Below are positions 20,040 through 30,036 of a stretch of 64,000 nt of DNA, piece by piece. The stretch lies in assembly GCA_963702425.1 (NCBI GenBank), contig CAVPCQ010000023.1, positions 1 through 64,000 of the forward strand. The letters run 5' to 3'. The notes under the pieces were generated by a model. The model saw only the letters and a list, made by a program, of their open reading frames with translations, was not told the origin of the DNA and made no database searches. How positions within the stretch are numbered: position 1 is the stretch's first letter; the number at the start of each line of letters is the position of its first letter. This DNA is from an uncultured Acidobacteriota bacterium. GTDB taxonomy: Bacteria > Acidobacteriota > Polarisedimenticolia > J045. A program made the translations under genes and the position numbers.

Positions 20040-21084
20040 ATGGCCGCGATGGCCGACGCCCTCCGCACGGAGCAGCTGACCAAGCGTTTCGGCGCTTTCG
20101 TCGCCGTCGACGCGCTGGACCTCGCCGTCTCCGAGGGGGAGGTCTTCGGCTTTCTCGGCAGCAACGGCGCCGGCAAGTCGACCGCAATCCGGATGCTCTG
20201 CGGCCTGCTCAAACCGACCTCCGGCCGCGCCGAGGTGCTGGGGATCGACGTCGCGAAGCGCCCCGACGAGGTCAAGCAGCGGATCGGCTACATGAGCCAG
20301 CGCTTCTCGCTCTACGACGACCTGACCGTCCGCCAGAACCTCTGGTTCTTCGGCGGCGTCTACGGGCTCGACGGGAAGGAGCTGGCCGAGCGGATGGCGT
20401 GGGCGGTCCGGATGGCGGGGCTCGAGGGGAAGGAGGAGCTGCTCACCGGCTCGCTCCCCGGCGGCTGGAAGCAGCGGCTCGCGCTGGCCGCGGCGGTGCT
20501 GCACCGGCCGCGCCTGCTCTTCCTCGACGAGCCGACCGGCGGCGTCGACCCGATCTCGCGCCGGCAGTTCTGGAGCCTGATCGAGGAGATGGCGGCCGAG
20601 GGGGTGACGATCGTCGTGACCACCCACTACCTGGACGAGGCCGAGCACTGCGGGCGGATCGCGCTGATGCACGCCGGGAAGCTGGTCGCCCTGGGGACCG
20701 TGAGCGAGCTGAAGCAGGTCTTCGCGGGACGCGCCGTGCTGGAGGTCCACGCCGCGCGGCCGCTCGAAGCGCTCGACCTGCTGCAGGACGCGCCGTTCGT
20801 GCTCGAGGCGACGCTCTTCGGCAACCGGCTGCACGCGATCGTCGCCGACGAGGAGGAGGGGACGCGGCGGATCGCGGCGCTGCTCGCGGCGCCGGCTCGG
20901 CACGGCGCGGCGACGAAGGACGCCGCGACGGCCCGCTCGCGATCCAGCGGATCGTGCCGTCGCTCGAGGACGTCTTCATCCACTCGATCGAGGAGGCCGA
21001 TGCGGCGGCAGCAAGTGCTGCCGCCGGCACAGGCGCCGCGGCGAGCCCGCGAAGCGGCGAAGCCGGGCCGGAAAGGGGGCCTGA
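20040..21084 (+). CDS. Second ABC ATP-binding protein (3' end frameshifted, stop position uncertain)
   Basis: GSNGAGKS, GYMSQRFSLY, LPGGWKQR, LFLDEPT. The terminal IVPSLEDVFI motif is in another frame after ~20930. Confidence 0.85.
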
Positions 21085-21086
21085 CC

Positions 21087-22196
21087 GTGCGCCAGGTGCT
21101 CGCGGTCGCGCTCAAGGAGATCCGGCAGATCGCCCGCGATCCGCTCAGCCTGGCGCTGCTGCTCGGCCTGCCGGCGATGATGCTGCTGCTCTACGGCTAC
21201 GCGATCAGCTTCGACGTGCGGCACGTGCCGCTGGCGGTGCAGGACCGCGACCTGACGAAGGAGAGCCGCGAGCTGGTCGCCTCGTTCGTCAACTCGACCT
21301 ACTTTGACCTGGCGCTCGACGCTCCCGCCGGAACCGACATCGGGCGGCTGTTCCAGCAGCGCCGCGTGAAGGCGGCGCTCGTCATCCCGGAGGGGTTCGG
21401 CGAGCGGGTGCGCGGCGGGCGCAACGCCGAGGCCCAGATCCTGATCGACGGCGCGGACGCGACGACCGCGACCGCGGTCCTGGGCTACGCCGAGGCGATC
21501 GCCGCGGCCTCCAACATCGCGCTGCGCCCGGGCGGATTCGTCCCACCGATCGACTATCGCCCGCGGGTCTGGTTCAACCCCGAGCTGAAGTCGAGCCACT
21601 TCCTCGTTCCCGGCCTGATCGGCTTCATCCTGATGCTGACCGCGGTCCTCTCGACCGCCCTCTCCGTCGTGCGCGAGAAGGAGCGCGGCACGATGGAGCA
21701 GCTCGCGGTCTCGCCGATGGGCCCGGGGCAGCTGATCGCCGGCAAGACCTTCCCCTACCTGGTCATCTCGCTCGCTGCCGCGGTGACGATCGTCGTCGCC
21801 GCGCGCGTCCTGTTCGGCGTCGAGGTACGCGGCTCGTACCTGGCGCTGCTGGCCGCCACGCTGCTCTATCTGGCCGGCGCGCTGGGGCTGGGCCTGCTGA
21901 TCTCGAGCGTCACCGACTCGCAGGCCCTGGCCTTCCAGGCCGGCGCGCTGCTGTCGATGCTCCCGGCGATCTTCCTGTCGGGGTTCATCTTCCCGCTGCG
22001 CTCGATGCCGATGCCGCTGCAGGTCGTCTCGCACCTCGTCCCGGCCCGCTACTACCTGAAGATCGTGCGCGGGATCATCCTCAAGGGGACCGACCTCTCC
22101 CCCTACTGGGACCAGGTCGGGTTCCTCGCGCTCTACGCGGCCGTGGTCTTCGGCTGGGCCTGGTTCCGCCTGACCCGCGACGAGGTGCGGGGGTGA
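21087..22196 (+). CDS. ABC-2 permease (YbhS-like)
   Basis: GTG start, KEIRQIARD, VWFNPEL, REKERGTMEQL, LSGFIFP. Confidence 0.92.
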   Translation: MRQVLAVALKEIRQIARDPLSLALLLGLPAMMLLLYGYAISFDVRHVPLAVQDRDLTKESRELVASFVNSTYFDLALDAPAGTDIGRLFQQRRVKAALVIPEGFGERVRGGRNAEAQILIDGADATTATAVLGYAEAIAAASNIALRPGGFVPPIDYRPRVWFNPELKSSHFLVPGLIGFILMLTAVLSTALSVVREKERGTMEQLAVSPMGPGQLIAGKTFPYLVISLAAAVTIVVAARVLFGVEVRGSYLALLAATLLYLAGALGLGLLISSVTDSQALAFQAGALLSMLPAIFLSGFIFPLRSMPMPLQVVSHLVPARYYLKIVRGIILKGTDLSPYWDQVGFLALYAAVVFGWAWFRLTRDEVRG

Positions 22197-23293
22197 GAGT
22201 CCTGCTCAAGGTGATCGTCAAGGAGTTCCTGCAGCTCCGGCGCGACCGCCGGATGATCGGGATCCTGGTGATCGCGCCGATCATCCAGCTCGTCGTCTTC
22301 GGCTTCGCCGCCAACCTCGACGTCACCAACGTGCGGCTGTTCCTGGTCGACGCCGACCGGACCGCCGAGAGCCGCGACCTGGCGCAGCGCTTCGTCCAGT
22401 CCGGCTACTTCGAGCTGGTCGGCAGCGGCGACCGCACCGAGGACGCCGAGCCCTGGCTGATCAAGGGGACGACCGACGTCGCGCTGGTCGTCCCCCGCGG
22501 CTACGGCGCAGCGCGCCAGGCTCGGCGGCCGGCGCCGGTGCAGTTGATCGCCGACGGCGCCGACGCGACCGCCGCCAACGTCGGGCTCGGCTATGCCGCC
22601 CGCATCGTGCTGGCGGCGGGGGCCGCGGCCGTCGACCGCCGCGGCGCAACGATCTCGGTCGTGCCCCGGGTCTGGTACAACCCCGAGATGAAGAGCCGCT
22701 GGTTCTACCTGCCGGCGATCCTGGCGATGGTCCTGATGATGGTCACGATGATCTCGCCGTCGATGGCCGTGGTCCGCGAGAAGGAGATCGGCACGCTCGA
22801 GCAGATCATCGTCACCCCGGTCCGCTCGTGGCAGCTGATCGTCGGCAAGCTGATGCCGTTCGCGCTGATCGGCCTGATCGACCTGCTGGTCGTGACCGGG
22901 ATCACGGTCTTCTTTTTCCGGGTGCCGATGGTGGGGTCGCTCGGGGTGCTGGTCCTGCTGACGCTGCCGATGCTGGTCACGCTGCTGGGGCTCGGGCTGT
23001 TCGTCTCGACAGTGGTCAGCAACCAGCAGCAGGCGATGCTCAGCTCGATGTTTCTCCTGATGATCCCGTTCATCTACCTGTCGGGGCTGATGTTCCCGAT
23101 CGAGAACATGCCCCCGTTCATCCAGGGGATCACCTACGCGATCCCCTTGCGCTACTACGTCCCGGTGATCCGGGGGGTCTTCCTCAAGGGGTCGGGGCTG
23201 GACGTCCTCTGGCCCGAGGGGCTGATCCTCTGCGCTTTCGCCGCCGGGATCGTGACCTTGGCTTCGCTCCGCTTCCGGAAGCGGCTAGACTGA
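22193..23293 (+). CDS. ABC-2 permease (YbhR-like)
   Basis: KEFLQLRRD, VWYNPEM, REKEIGTLEQ, LSGLMFPIENMP. Confidence 0.93.
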   Translation: MRVLLKVIVKEFLQLRRDRRMIGILVIAPIIQLVVFGFAANLDVTNVRLFLVDADRTAESRDLAQRFVQSGYFELVGSGDRTEDAEPWLIKGTTDVALVVPRGYGAARQARRPAPVQLIADGADATAANVGLGYAARIVLAAGAAAVDRRGATISVVPRVWYNPEMKSRWFYLPAILAMVLMMVTMISPSMAVVREKEIGTLEQIIVTPVRSWQLIVGKLMPFALIGLIDLLVVTGITVFFFRVPMVGSLGVLVLLTLPMLVTLLGLGLFVSTVVSNQQQAMLSSMFLLMIPFIYLSGLMFPIENMPPFIQGITYAIPLRYYVPVIRGVFLKGSGLDVLWPEGLILCAFAAGIVTLASLRFRKRLD

Positions 23294-23313
23294 CGGCCGG
23301 GAGACCACGCGCC

Positions 23314-23715
23314 ATGGGCGAGCTGCGGACGCCGGTCGGGATCGAGAAGGTCGGGCAGATCTCCGTCAACGTGAAGGAGCTGCCACGCGCCGTCGCCTTC
23401 TACCGCGACGCGCTCGAGCTGGCGCTGGTCCTCGACACGCCCGGGATGGCGTTCCTGGACTGCGGCGGGACCCGGCTGATGCTGTCGGTCCCGACGGCGA
23501 GCGAGTTCGACCACCCCGGCTCGGTGCTCTATTTCACCGTGCGTGACATCGAGTCCGCGCACGCCGCGCTCGTCGCCCGGGGGGTACCGTTCCGGCGCGG
23601 CCCGCACTGCATCGCGCGGCTCGCCGAGCGCGACGTGTGGATGGCCTTCTTCACCGACCCCGAGGGAAACACGCTGGCGCTGATGTCGGAAGTCGAGACC
23701 CCGGCCGCCTTCTGA
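23314..23715 (+). CDS. VOC/glyoxalase-family protein
   Basis: VGQISVNVKELPRAVAFYRDAL...MAFFTDPEGNTLALM. Confidence 0.9.
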   Translation: MGELRTPVGIEKVGQISVNVKELPRAVAFYRDALELALVLDTPGMAFLDCGGTRLMLSVPTASEFDHPGSVLYFTVRDIESAHAALVARGVPFRRGPHCIARLAERDVWMAFFTDPEGNTLALMSEVETPAAF

Positions 23716-23739
23716 TCCTGAGCCGACGAGACCTCGAAG

Positions 23740-24897
23740 ATGGCGATCCCCGGCCTCGACGCCCCGCTCAAGAAGCTGATCGACATCGGCCTCGTCGCGG
23801 TCCTCGTCTACTTCGTCATCATCGGCCTGCGTGGCGCGCGGAGCAGGCTGGCACTGCTGGGCCTGGCGTTCGTCAGCGGGATCTACCTGGTTGCGCGCCA
23901 GCTCGGCCTTCCGCTGACCGCCTGGATCTTCCAGGGGTTCCTCGCGCTGTTCGTGGTCTTCATCGTCGTCGTCTTCCAGGAGGACATCCGGCGCGTCTTC
24001 GAGCGGATCGCCACATTCGGCCTGCGGCGGCCGCGCAAGGCGCCGCCGGACGACGCGATCGAGCTGATCGCGACCTCCGTCTTCGACCTGGCGCGGGTCA
24101 AGTGCGGCGCGCTGATCGTCATTCCCGGCGAAGACGCGCTGGAGCGGCACGTCGAGGGGGGCGTGCCGCTGGACGCCGTGCTCTCGGAGGAGCTGCTGCA
24201 GAGCCTCTTCGAGACGCACTCGACCACGCACGACGGCGCCGTCGTGATCGAGGGGAACCGCGCGAAGGTCTTCGGCGCGCACCTTCCCCTGTCCCAGGAT
24301 TTCGAGCAGCTGGCCCGGCGCGGCACCCGCCACGCCGCGGCGCTGGGGCTGGCCGAGCTGACCGACGCGCTCTGCATCCTCGTCTCGGAGGAGCGTGGCC
24401 GGGTCTCGATCGCGCACGACGGCCAGCTGGCCGAGATCTACAGCCGCGGCCTGCTGGTTTCGATCCTTCGGCGCTTCGCCGGTCGGGCCGCGCCGGTGGA
24501 GTCGCCGCGGCGGGGCGTCGCGCGGCTCGTCGGGCGCCACGGCCGCGAGGTTCTCGTCGCCCTGGTCGTCGCCTTCGCGCTCTGGCTGCTGGTCGTCCCG
24601 GGCTCCGAGCGGGCGGAGGCGACGTTCGTCGTGCCGGTCGAGGTCCAGAATCTCCCTCCCGGATTCGAGCTCGTCGGCTTCGAGCCGCGCGAGGTCCGGG
24701 TGACCGTGCTCGGGCTGCGGCGCGACCTGGTCCTGCTCCAGCCGAACCGGCTGAAGGTGGACGTCGACGCGTTCCTCGTGCAGCTCGGGCGCCGCTCGTT
24801 CGAGATCCCGACGCAGTCGGTCAAGCACCCCGGGGCCTTCATCGTCACCGGCGTCGAGCCCGACCGCGTGACGGTGCGAGTGCGCGAAGGGCGCTGA
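23740..24897 (+). CDS. Diadenylate cyclase (CdaA/DisA_N) fused to a YbbR (CdaR)-like domain
   Basis: N-terminal TM helices, VVFQEDIRR, HDGAVVI, GTRHAAALG, VSEERGRVS; then a TM helix and VPVEVQNLPPG...VRVTVLG. Confidence 0.88.
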   Translation: MAIPGLDAPLKKLIDIGLVAVLVYFVIIGLRGARSRLALLGLAFVSGIYLVARQLGLPLTAWIFQGFLALFVVFIVVVFQEDIRRVFERIATFGLRRPRKAPPDDAIELIATSVFDLARVKCGALIVIPGEDALERHVEGGVPLDAVLSEELLQSLFETHSTTHDGAVVIEGNRAKVFGAHLPLSQDFEQLARRGTRHAAALGLAELTDALCILVSEERGRVSIAHDGQLAEIYSRGLLVSILRRFAGRAAPVESPRRGVARLVGRHGREVLVALVVAFALWLLVVPGSERAEATFVVPVEVQNLPPGFELVGFEPREVRVTVLGLRRDLVLLQPNRLKVDVDAFLVQLGRRSFEIPTQSVKHPGAFIVTGVEPDRVTVRVREGR

Positions 24898-24920
24898 TCC
24901 CAGGGGCGGGCCCGCCGGGC

Positions 24921-25646
24921 CTACGGAGCGGCCGGCACCATCCGCGCCAGCCAAAGGACGTGGCGCGCACCGCCTCCGCGGCGTGCCGGAACCCGCTCCG
25001 TGCGCACCTCGAAGCCGGCGCGGCGCAGCCGCTCCGTGAAGCGCCGGTCGTCGGCCGGCGACCAGAGCGCGTAGGTCCCGCCGGGCGCCAGCGCCCGCGC
25101 GGCGGCCGCCAGCCCGCCCGCGCCGTAGAGCCGCGCGTTGGCCTCCGAGGTCAGCGCCGCCGGCCCGTTGTCGACGTCCATCAGGATCGCGTCGTAGACC
25201 TCCCGGGCGGCGCGGATCACCTCGCCGATGTCGGCCTCGAGCACGACGACCCGCGCGTCCTCGAGCGGGCGCCCGGCGAGGTGAGCGAGCGGACCGCGGT
25301 TCCAGCGCACCACCGCCGGCACGAGCTCGGCGACCTCGACGCGCGCAGCGGGTCCGAGCAGGTCGAGGCAGGCGCGGACGGTGAAGCCCATGCCGAGGCC
25401 GCCGACCAGCACGCGGGCGTCGCCGGCCTGTGCGCTGCGGTCCGGTGCACTGCCGTCCGGCATGCCGCGGTCCGGCACCAGCCCCGCGCAGCCGCGCACT
25501 GCGAGCGCCTCCTCCGAGCCGTGCATCCGGCTGTTCATCAGTTCCTGGTTGCCGGCGCGGATCGCGTACTCGTCGCCGCGGCGCAGGAGCGTGAGTTCGC
25601 CCCCGCCGGGAACGGGCGCGCGCTCGAGTTCTTCCCAGGGGATCAT
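24921..25646 (-). CDS. Spermidine-synthase-like SAM-dependent methyltransferase
   Basis: LMNSRMHGSEEALA, VLVGGLGMGFT, YDAILMDVDNGP. Confidence 0.88.
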   Translation of the reverse strand: MIPWEELERAPVPGGGELTLLRRGDEYAIRAGNQELMNSRMHGSEEALAVRGCAGLVPDRGMPDGSAPDRSAQAGDARVLVGGLGMGFTVRACLDLLGPAARVEVAELVPAVVRWNRGPLAHLAGRPLEDARVVVLEADIGEVIRAAREVYDAILMDVDNGPAALTSEANARLYGAGGLAAAARALAPGGTYALWSPADDRRFTERLRRAGFEVRTERVPARRGGGARHVLWLARMVPAAP

Positions 25647-25696
25647 CGCGCCGCGATTCTACGGGACGGAGGGCACTCGAGATGGCGGCGTCGACT

Positions 25697-25792
25697 CGTA
25701 GGGGCCGGCCTCCGTGCCGGCCCGAGAAACGCAGGGCGCCATGCGGGCCGGCACGGAGGCCGGCCCCTACGGTTTCTCCAGCGCGAGGGCGG
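25697..25792. repeat. REPIN copy 1 (inverted GTAG-type REP doublet) plus a duplicate of the msrB 3' end
   Basis: CGTAGGGGCCGGCCTCCGTGCCGGCCCG (25697-25724) and its perfect reverse complement (25744-25771), followed by GTTTCTCCAGCGCGAGGGCGG. Confidence 0.88.
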
Positions 25793-25822
25793 TGGCGTAT
25801 CGCTGAATCGGCGAGCGGCTTC

Positions 25823-25863
25823 GTCGATGTCTGGGGCCGCCAGGCCGGCCGGCCCCGACATCG
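25823..25863 (-). terminator. Hairpin downstream of the CLCA-like gene
   Basis: CGATGTCTGGGGCCG...CGGCCCCGACATCG imperfect stem; no clear U-tract. Confidence 0.35.
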
Positions 25864-25880
25864 CCGCAGGAGCCCTCCGC

Positions 25881-28800
25881 TCACGGACACGGATGGTCGT
25901 TCGGCCGCGAGTTCCCGGAGCTGTCCGTCCCGAGGCTTCCCTCGCCGCTCCGGCCGACCTGGGTGACGAGATAGTGGACAGCCTTGCCTCTGCCCGGTCT
26001 CACGGTATCCGAGACGGACGGGGATCGGAGCTCGCAGAACTGCGCCGCGAGCGGCGAGTCGGAAAGCGTCTGAGTGTACAGCCGTCGGCTGCGGACGAGT
26101 TCGAGATCGCCGCGGTAAGCGTTCCAGGCCACCGCACCCGCCTCTTGCTGCCAGACAAGTCCTGTCGCGCTCGCGAAACGTAGGTCCAGGTAGCCGTCAT
26201 CGAAGTCGCACCGGTCTCCGGTTCCGTCGGCATCGAGATCGACCTGGTCGGGGTTGAAAGCCGCTGGACAGTTGTCGCAGCGGTTGAACACCTTGTCGGC
26301 GTCGCTGTCCTGGCCTGACGCGTCGTCATCGACGAGACCGTTGCAGTCATCGTCGTTGCCGTTGCAGGTCTCCACTCCCGGCGCCGTGCAGATGCGGCAT
26401 GCCGCCGCCTGGTAGACCCGGTCGAGCCCGACCTGGACATGGAAGGTCCGCGGACCGGGCGCCGCGTCCGGCGCCACGCTGGCGCTGAAAGTGATCGTGC
26501 CCGAGGGGTCGTTCTGCGTGCTCGCGCATCCCGCGCAGCTGACACCGTCGATCTTGAGCACCACGTCCTGTCCCAGCACGATGCGGGTCGTCCCCGGATC
26601 GACGGGCAGCCCTGCGACGCTCGCGACCAGGCCGTTGTAGACGGTTCCCTGGACGAGCGGCGGGCAGCTGACCGTCACCCCTCCGATCCGGGGGTTCCCG
26701 TCGGGATCGAGACTGTAGCGCGCGGAGAGGCGGAAGGCCGTCTCCACTTCGAGTTCGGCATCGATCGGCTCTGTTGCGGGCGACTGCGCCAGGGTCGGAT
26801 CGTCTTCCTCGAGTGGAATCACAGTCGCCAGGCCGGCCACCGAGCGCATCAGGACCTTGACGCGGTAAGCCCCCGGTGTCACGCCGGCCCACGTCCCGTC
26901 GGGGTTGAAGACCCCGCCGTAGACGCCGTCACCGCTTCCGAGGTCGTCGTGGGCGCCGTCGTCGAACATCGGCACCGACCACGAAAGACCGCGGTGCGTC
27001 ACCTGAGCCGTCATCGTTACCGGGGCAAGCCGGCCGCCACGGAACATCTCGCCGCGGATCGTGACGGGCGCATCAACCGGAAGCCGCGGCTCGGTGACAT
27101 ACGCGAATCCGTGTAGGAAGGGGTTCACGATCTCGGCGATCCAGCTGACACCGGTCTTGGGGATCTTCTTCTTCCACTCGCTCGGGATCGGCGATGGCGA
27201 CGGGACCGGCTCCGTCTTGTCGATTCGAGCGGTCCAGGTCCCCGGCGCGGGGTTGCGCACGGTGATGGTGCGGTAGACTCCGCCTTGCGTGCCGGCCGGC
27301 CGGCCGGCGACGATGGCGGACCCGCTTGGCGGCTGGAGCTCCAGGCGGGAGATCAGGTTCAGGACCGGATCACAGGGAAACGACCCCGTCGATCTGCGGA
27401 TGCAGGTCCGGTCGGCGAGCCACGAGAAGACCAGTTCCGTCGTTCCTTCCGGCACCCGGTACGTGCGGGACTCGATGGTCGAGGTCGCGAGCGGCTGCAG
27501 CCGCGCGCGCGACTCGAAGATTTCGTCGTTGCCGCGAACCCGGTGCCCCATCCGCGCCAGCGCCGTCTTGATTTCCAGCGCGTCCGGCTCGGCATGGCCG
27601 TTCGTCGTGGCCAACTCGGTCCCCGTCACCCAGGACTCGCCGCACTGCGCGATCTCCGCGAGCGCGGCCGAATCGGCGTCGCCGAAGGCGATCGTGTGGA
27701 CGTTGATTCCCGCCTTGCACGCAGCCACCGCCGCGGCATAGGGATCGCCGCCGGCGTTCGACTTGCCGTCCGAGAACAGGACGATGTTTCGTGTCGCGTT
27801 CGGCAGGCTCGCCTGGTCGTTCTGGATCGCGAGGCGCGCGGTGTCGATCGCCTCGGCGATGTCGGTGTTGCCGTTCGCCGCAACCGCATCGATCGCCGCG
27901 ATGTCCGCCCCTTTCGGATCGAAGTCGAGCGGCGCTCCGCCGCTCTCGGCGATCGACGTCGCGTCGTTGAAGAGGTAGACCCCCGCGTGGCTCCCCGTGT
28001 CGACGAGGTTGTAGACGTACAGCGCGCCGTCGAGCGCGAGGTCGAGCGCCTGGCGCGGAGGATCGCTCAGTTCGTCGTACGCCATACTCCCCGAGCGGTC
28101 GACCAGCAGCGCGGCGTTCGTGTTCGACGGCAGGCCGCCCACGAGCCACTGGCACTCCATCGGCGGGACCGGGCCGCTGTCGGCGAGGATCTCGTCGAAC
28201 GTCGGATAGGCCCCCTCGGCGTGCCGACCCGCGAGATCGACGTGAACCTCCGCCGCGTCGCGCCAGCAGTTGTACTCGACGTAGTTCGGCTCACCCGCGA
28301 TCCCGTCGGGGATGCCGACGTCGTCGCCGAGGTCGAAGCCGGGAATCCCGTAGGCGTGAGTCGAGCCATCGCACCAGCGCCGCCGCTTGCCGCCGCCCGC
28401 CATCAGGCAGACCCCGTCGGCTTCGTCCGTCGGGCTGAGGTTCGTATCGACCAGGCAGATCCGCTGCTTCTCCCCGTCGACCGCGTCGTCGCGGTCGGGA
28501 TTGCTGGCCAGGCAGATGCCACCGCCGCTGCAATCAGCGTCCTCCTCGCACGGCGTGCCAGCGGGGTCGCTGCCGAGGACGCACTCGGACGCGAAGACGC
28601 ACGCTGCCGAGCACTGGGCCTCCTCCTCGTCGCAGACGACGCCGGAGGCGACCCCTCCCGCCACGGAATAGGACTCCGAGCAGAGCCCCGTGTGCCCGGT
28701 CTGGGAGCCCTCCAGGTTGACGTACTCGTCCGGAAGGTCGTAGAAGAAATGCCCCATCTCGTGGTTGAGACCGCCGCCGTTGCCGGATGGCGTCGCCGAC

Positions 28801-29318
28801 AGTCCCTTGCAGTCGCCGCCGCCGGAGCAATCGATGTCCTCCACGCACGGTGTGCCAGGAGGATCGCTGCCGTCGAAACACTCGCGATGGAGCTCGGGGA
28901 CGTAGGGATCGGACGTGCCCTCGGGGAGACCGCTCTCGTTCCAGGTCAGGTGCTTGAAGAAACTCGCAACCCCCAGGCTCCCGCCCGGCTCGAGGTAGCG
29001 CCAGATCACGTCTCGGATCTGCGCGTTGCGGTAGAAGCGGACCCGTTTGATCCAGTGCTTCCCCTCGGTAGTACTGTAGAGCTTGGCGCTGAATTCCTCG
29101 AACGAGGCGCAGTAGTGCGCCTGCGCCAGCGGGTCGCTCAGCGGCGGCTCGAGGCTCGCCGGGTTGGCGGGGTCGCGCTCGAACGAGACGGTCAGCGTGA
29201 TCCCGCCGTCGTTGCCGATCTCGGCGCCCTGCACGGGAGACCAGAAGCCGAGCCCCGAACCGAGTCCGAGGAGAATCGTGAGTGGCGCGGCGTACCTGCT
29301 ACGCGAGCGATGAGTCAT
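25881..29318 (-). CDS. Secreted CLCA-like protein: HExxH..DEY metalloprotease, Cys-rich region, vWA, beta-sandwich domains, MopE/TSP3 motif, shared C-terminal domain
   Basis: Signal peptide; NHEMGHFFYDLPDEY; MIDAS LLVDRSGSM...NTDI...FSDG; MFDDGAHDDLGSGDGVYGG; ETCNGNDDDCNGLVDD. Confidence 0.85.
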   Translation of the reverse strand: MTHRSRSRYAAPLTILLGLGSGLGFWSPVQGAEIGNDGGITLTVSFERDPANPASLEPPLSDPLAQAHYCASFEEFSAKLYSTTEGKHWIKRVRFYRNAQIRDVIWRYLEPGGSLGVASFFKHLTWNESGLPEGTSDPYVPELHRECFDGSDPPGTPCVEDIDCSGGGDCKGLSATPSGNGGGLNHEMGHFFYDLPDEYVNLEGSQTGHTGLCSESYSVAGGVASGVVCDEEEAQCSAACVFASECVLGSDPAGTPCEEDADCSGGGICLASNPDRDDAVDGEKQRICLVDTNLSPTDEADGVCLMAGGGKRRRWCDGSTHAYGIPGFDLGDDVGIPDGIAGEPNYVEYNCWRDAAEVHVDLAGRHAEGAYPTFDEILADSGPVPPMECQWLVGGLPSNTNAALLVDRSGSMAYDELSDPPRQALDLALDGALYVYNLVDTGSHAGVYLFNDATSIAESGGAPLDFDPKGADIAAIDAVAANGNTDIAEAIDTARLAIQNDQASLPNATRNIVLFSDGKSNAGGDPYAAAVAACKAGINVHTIAFGDADSAALAEIAQCGESWVTGTELATTNGHAEPDALEIKTALARMGHRVRGNDEIFESRARLQPLATSTIESRTYRVPEGTTELVFSWLADRTCIRRSTGSFPCDPVLNLISRLELQPPSGSAIVAGRPAGTQGGVYRTITVRNPAPGTWTARIDKTEPVPSPSPIPSEWKKKIPKTGVSWIAEIVNPFLHGFAYVTEPRLPVDAPVTIRGEMFRGGRLAPVTMTAQVTHRGLSWSVPMFDDGAHDDLGSGDGVYGGVFNPDGTWAGVTPGAYRVKVLMRSVAGLATVIPLEEDDPTLAQSPATEPIDAELEVETAFRLSARYSLDPDGNPRIGGVTVSCPPLVQGTVYNGLVASVAGLPVDPGTTRIVLGQDVVLKIDGVSCAGCASTQNDPSGTITFSASVAPDAAPGPRTFHVQVGLDRVYQAAACRICTAPGVETCNGNDDDCNGLVDDDASGQDSDADKVFNRCDNCPAAFNPDQVDLDADGTGDRCDFDDGYLDLRFASATGLVWQQEAGAVAWNAYRGDLELVRSRRLYTQTLSDSPLAAQFCELRSPSVSDTVRPGRGKAVHYLVTQVGRSGEGSLGTDSSGNSRPNDHPCP

Positions 29319-29401
29319 GGGGCACCCCTGAGTTTCGGAATCTCTCACCAGGGGTACGAATTCGACGCGCGCTCCCCGCCACGCAATCGAATCGGACGGC
29401 G

Positions 29402-29968
29402 TCAGCCCAGTTCGGCCCGTAGCCACGCACGGGCCCGCTGCCAGTCTCGCTCCGCGGTTCGCGGCGCGATGCCGAGCGCGAGCGCGGCTTCCTCGTTAGT
29501 CAGTCCGGCGAAGAGCCGGCACTCGATGATCCGCACGAGGCGCTCATCCCGCTCCGCGAGCCGTTCGACGGCGGCTTGCAGGTCGATCAACCACTCCGCC
29601 TGCTTCACGGTCGGCCCGGCGAGATCGTCGACCGGAAAATCGGTGCGCGCGCCGGCGCCGCGCTTCTCGGCGAGACGGGCTCGCGCCGCGTCGATCATGA
29701 CCTGTCGCATCACCCTCGCACAGAGCGAGAGGAAGTGCGCGCGGCTCTCGACCGTAATGGACGATTGGTCAACCAGCCGCAGGAATGCCTCGTGAACGAG
29801 GCCGGTCGTGTCGAGGGTGGCGGCGCGATGACCCCGCAGTTGCACCCGTGCGAGCCGCCTGAGGTCCTGGTAGAGGACGGTCACCAGCCGGTTGAGGGCC
29901 CCCGGATCGCCGGACTCGACGGCCAGCAGGTCAGCGGTGACCTTGGAGCGATCGGGTGGATCGACCAT
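29402..29968 (-). CDS. ECF sigma factor, Ser/Thr-kinase-associated type (TIGR02999/EcfK-like)
   Basis: VTADL...LYQDLRRLA...TLDTTGLVHEAFLRL...MRQVMIDAAR..AEKRG...ERDWQRARAWL. Confidence 0.92.
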   Translation of the reverse strand: MVDPPDRSKVTADLLAVESGDPGALNRLVTVLYQDLRRLARVQLRGHRAATLDTTGLVHEAFLRLVDQSSITVESRAHFLSLCARVMRQVMIDAARARLAEKRGAGARTDFPVDDLAGPTVKQAEWLIDLQAAVERLAERDERLVRIIECRLFAGLTNEEAALALGIAPRTAERDWQRARAWLRAELG

Positions 29969-30036
29969 GGGGAATGCTAACTCAAATCCAAGAGTGCGTT
30001 AGCCTGGCTTCTCGGGCCGCCGTATAGTCCGCGGCG

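Noticed and set aside
17679-22196. 1505-aa ATPase-TolC-ATPase-permease fusion ORF
   Set aside because: Four separate genes share one frame and their stops are bypassed by indels; the true C-termini are visible in other frames.
4814-23293. ABC/TolC operon as a type I secretion system for the giant proteins
   Set aside because: The transporter is ABC-2 (YbhFSR-like) rather than HlyB-like, and the giant proteins have Sec signal peptides and no RTX repeats.
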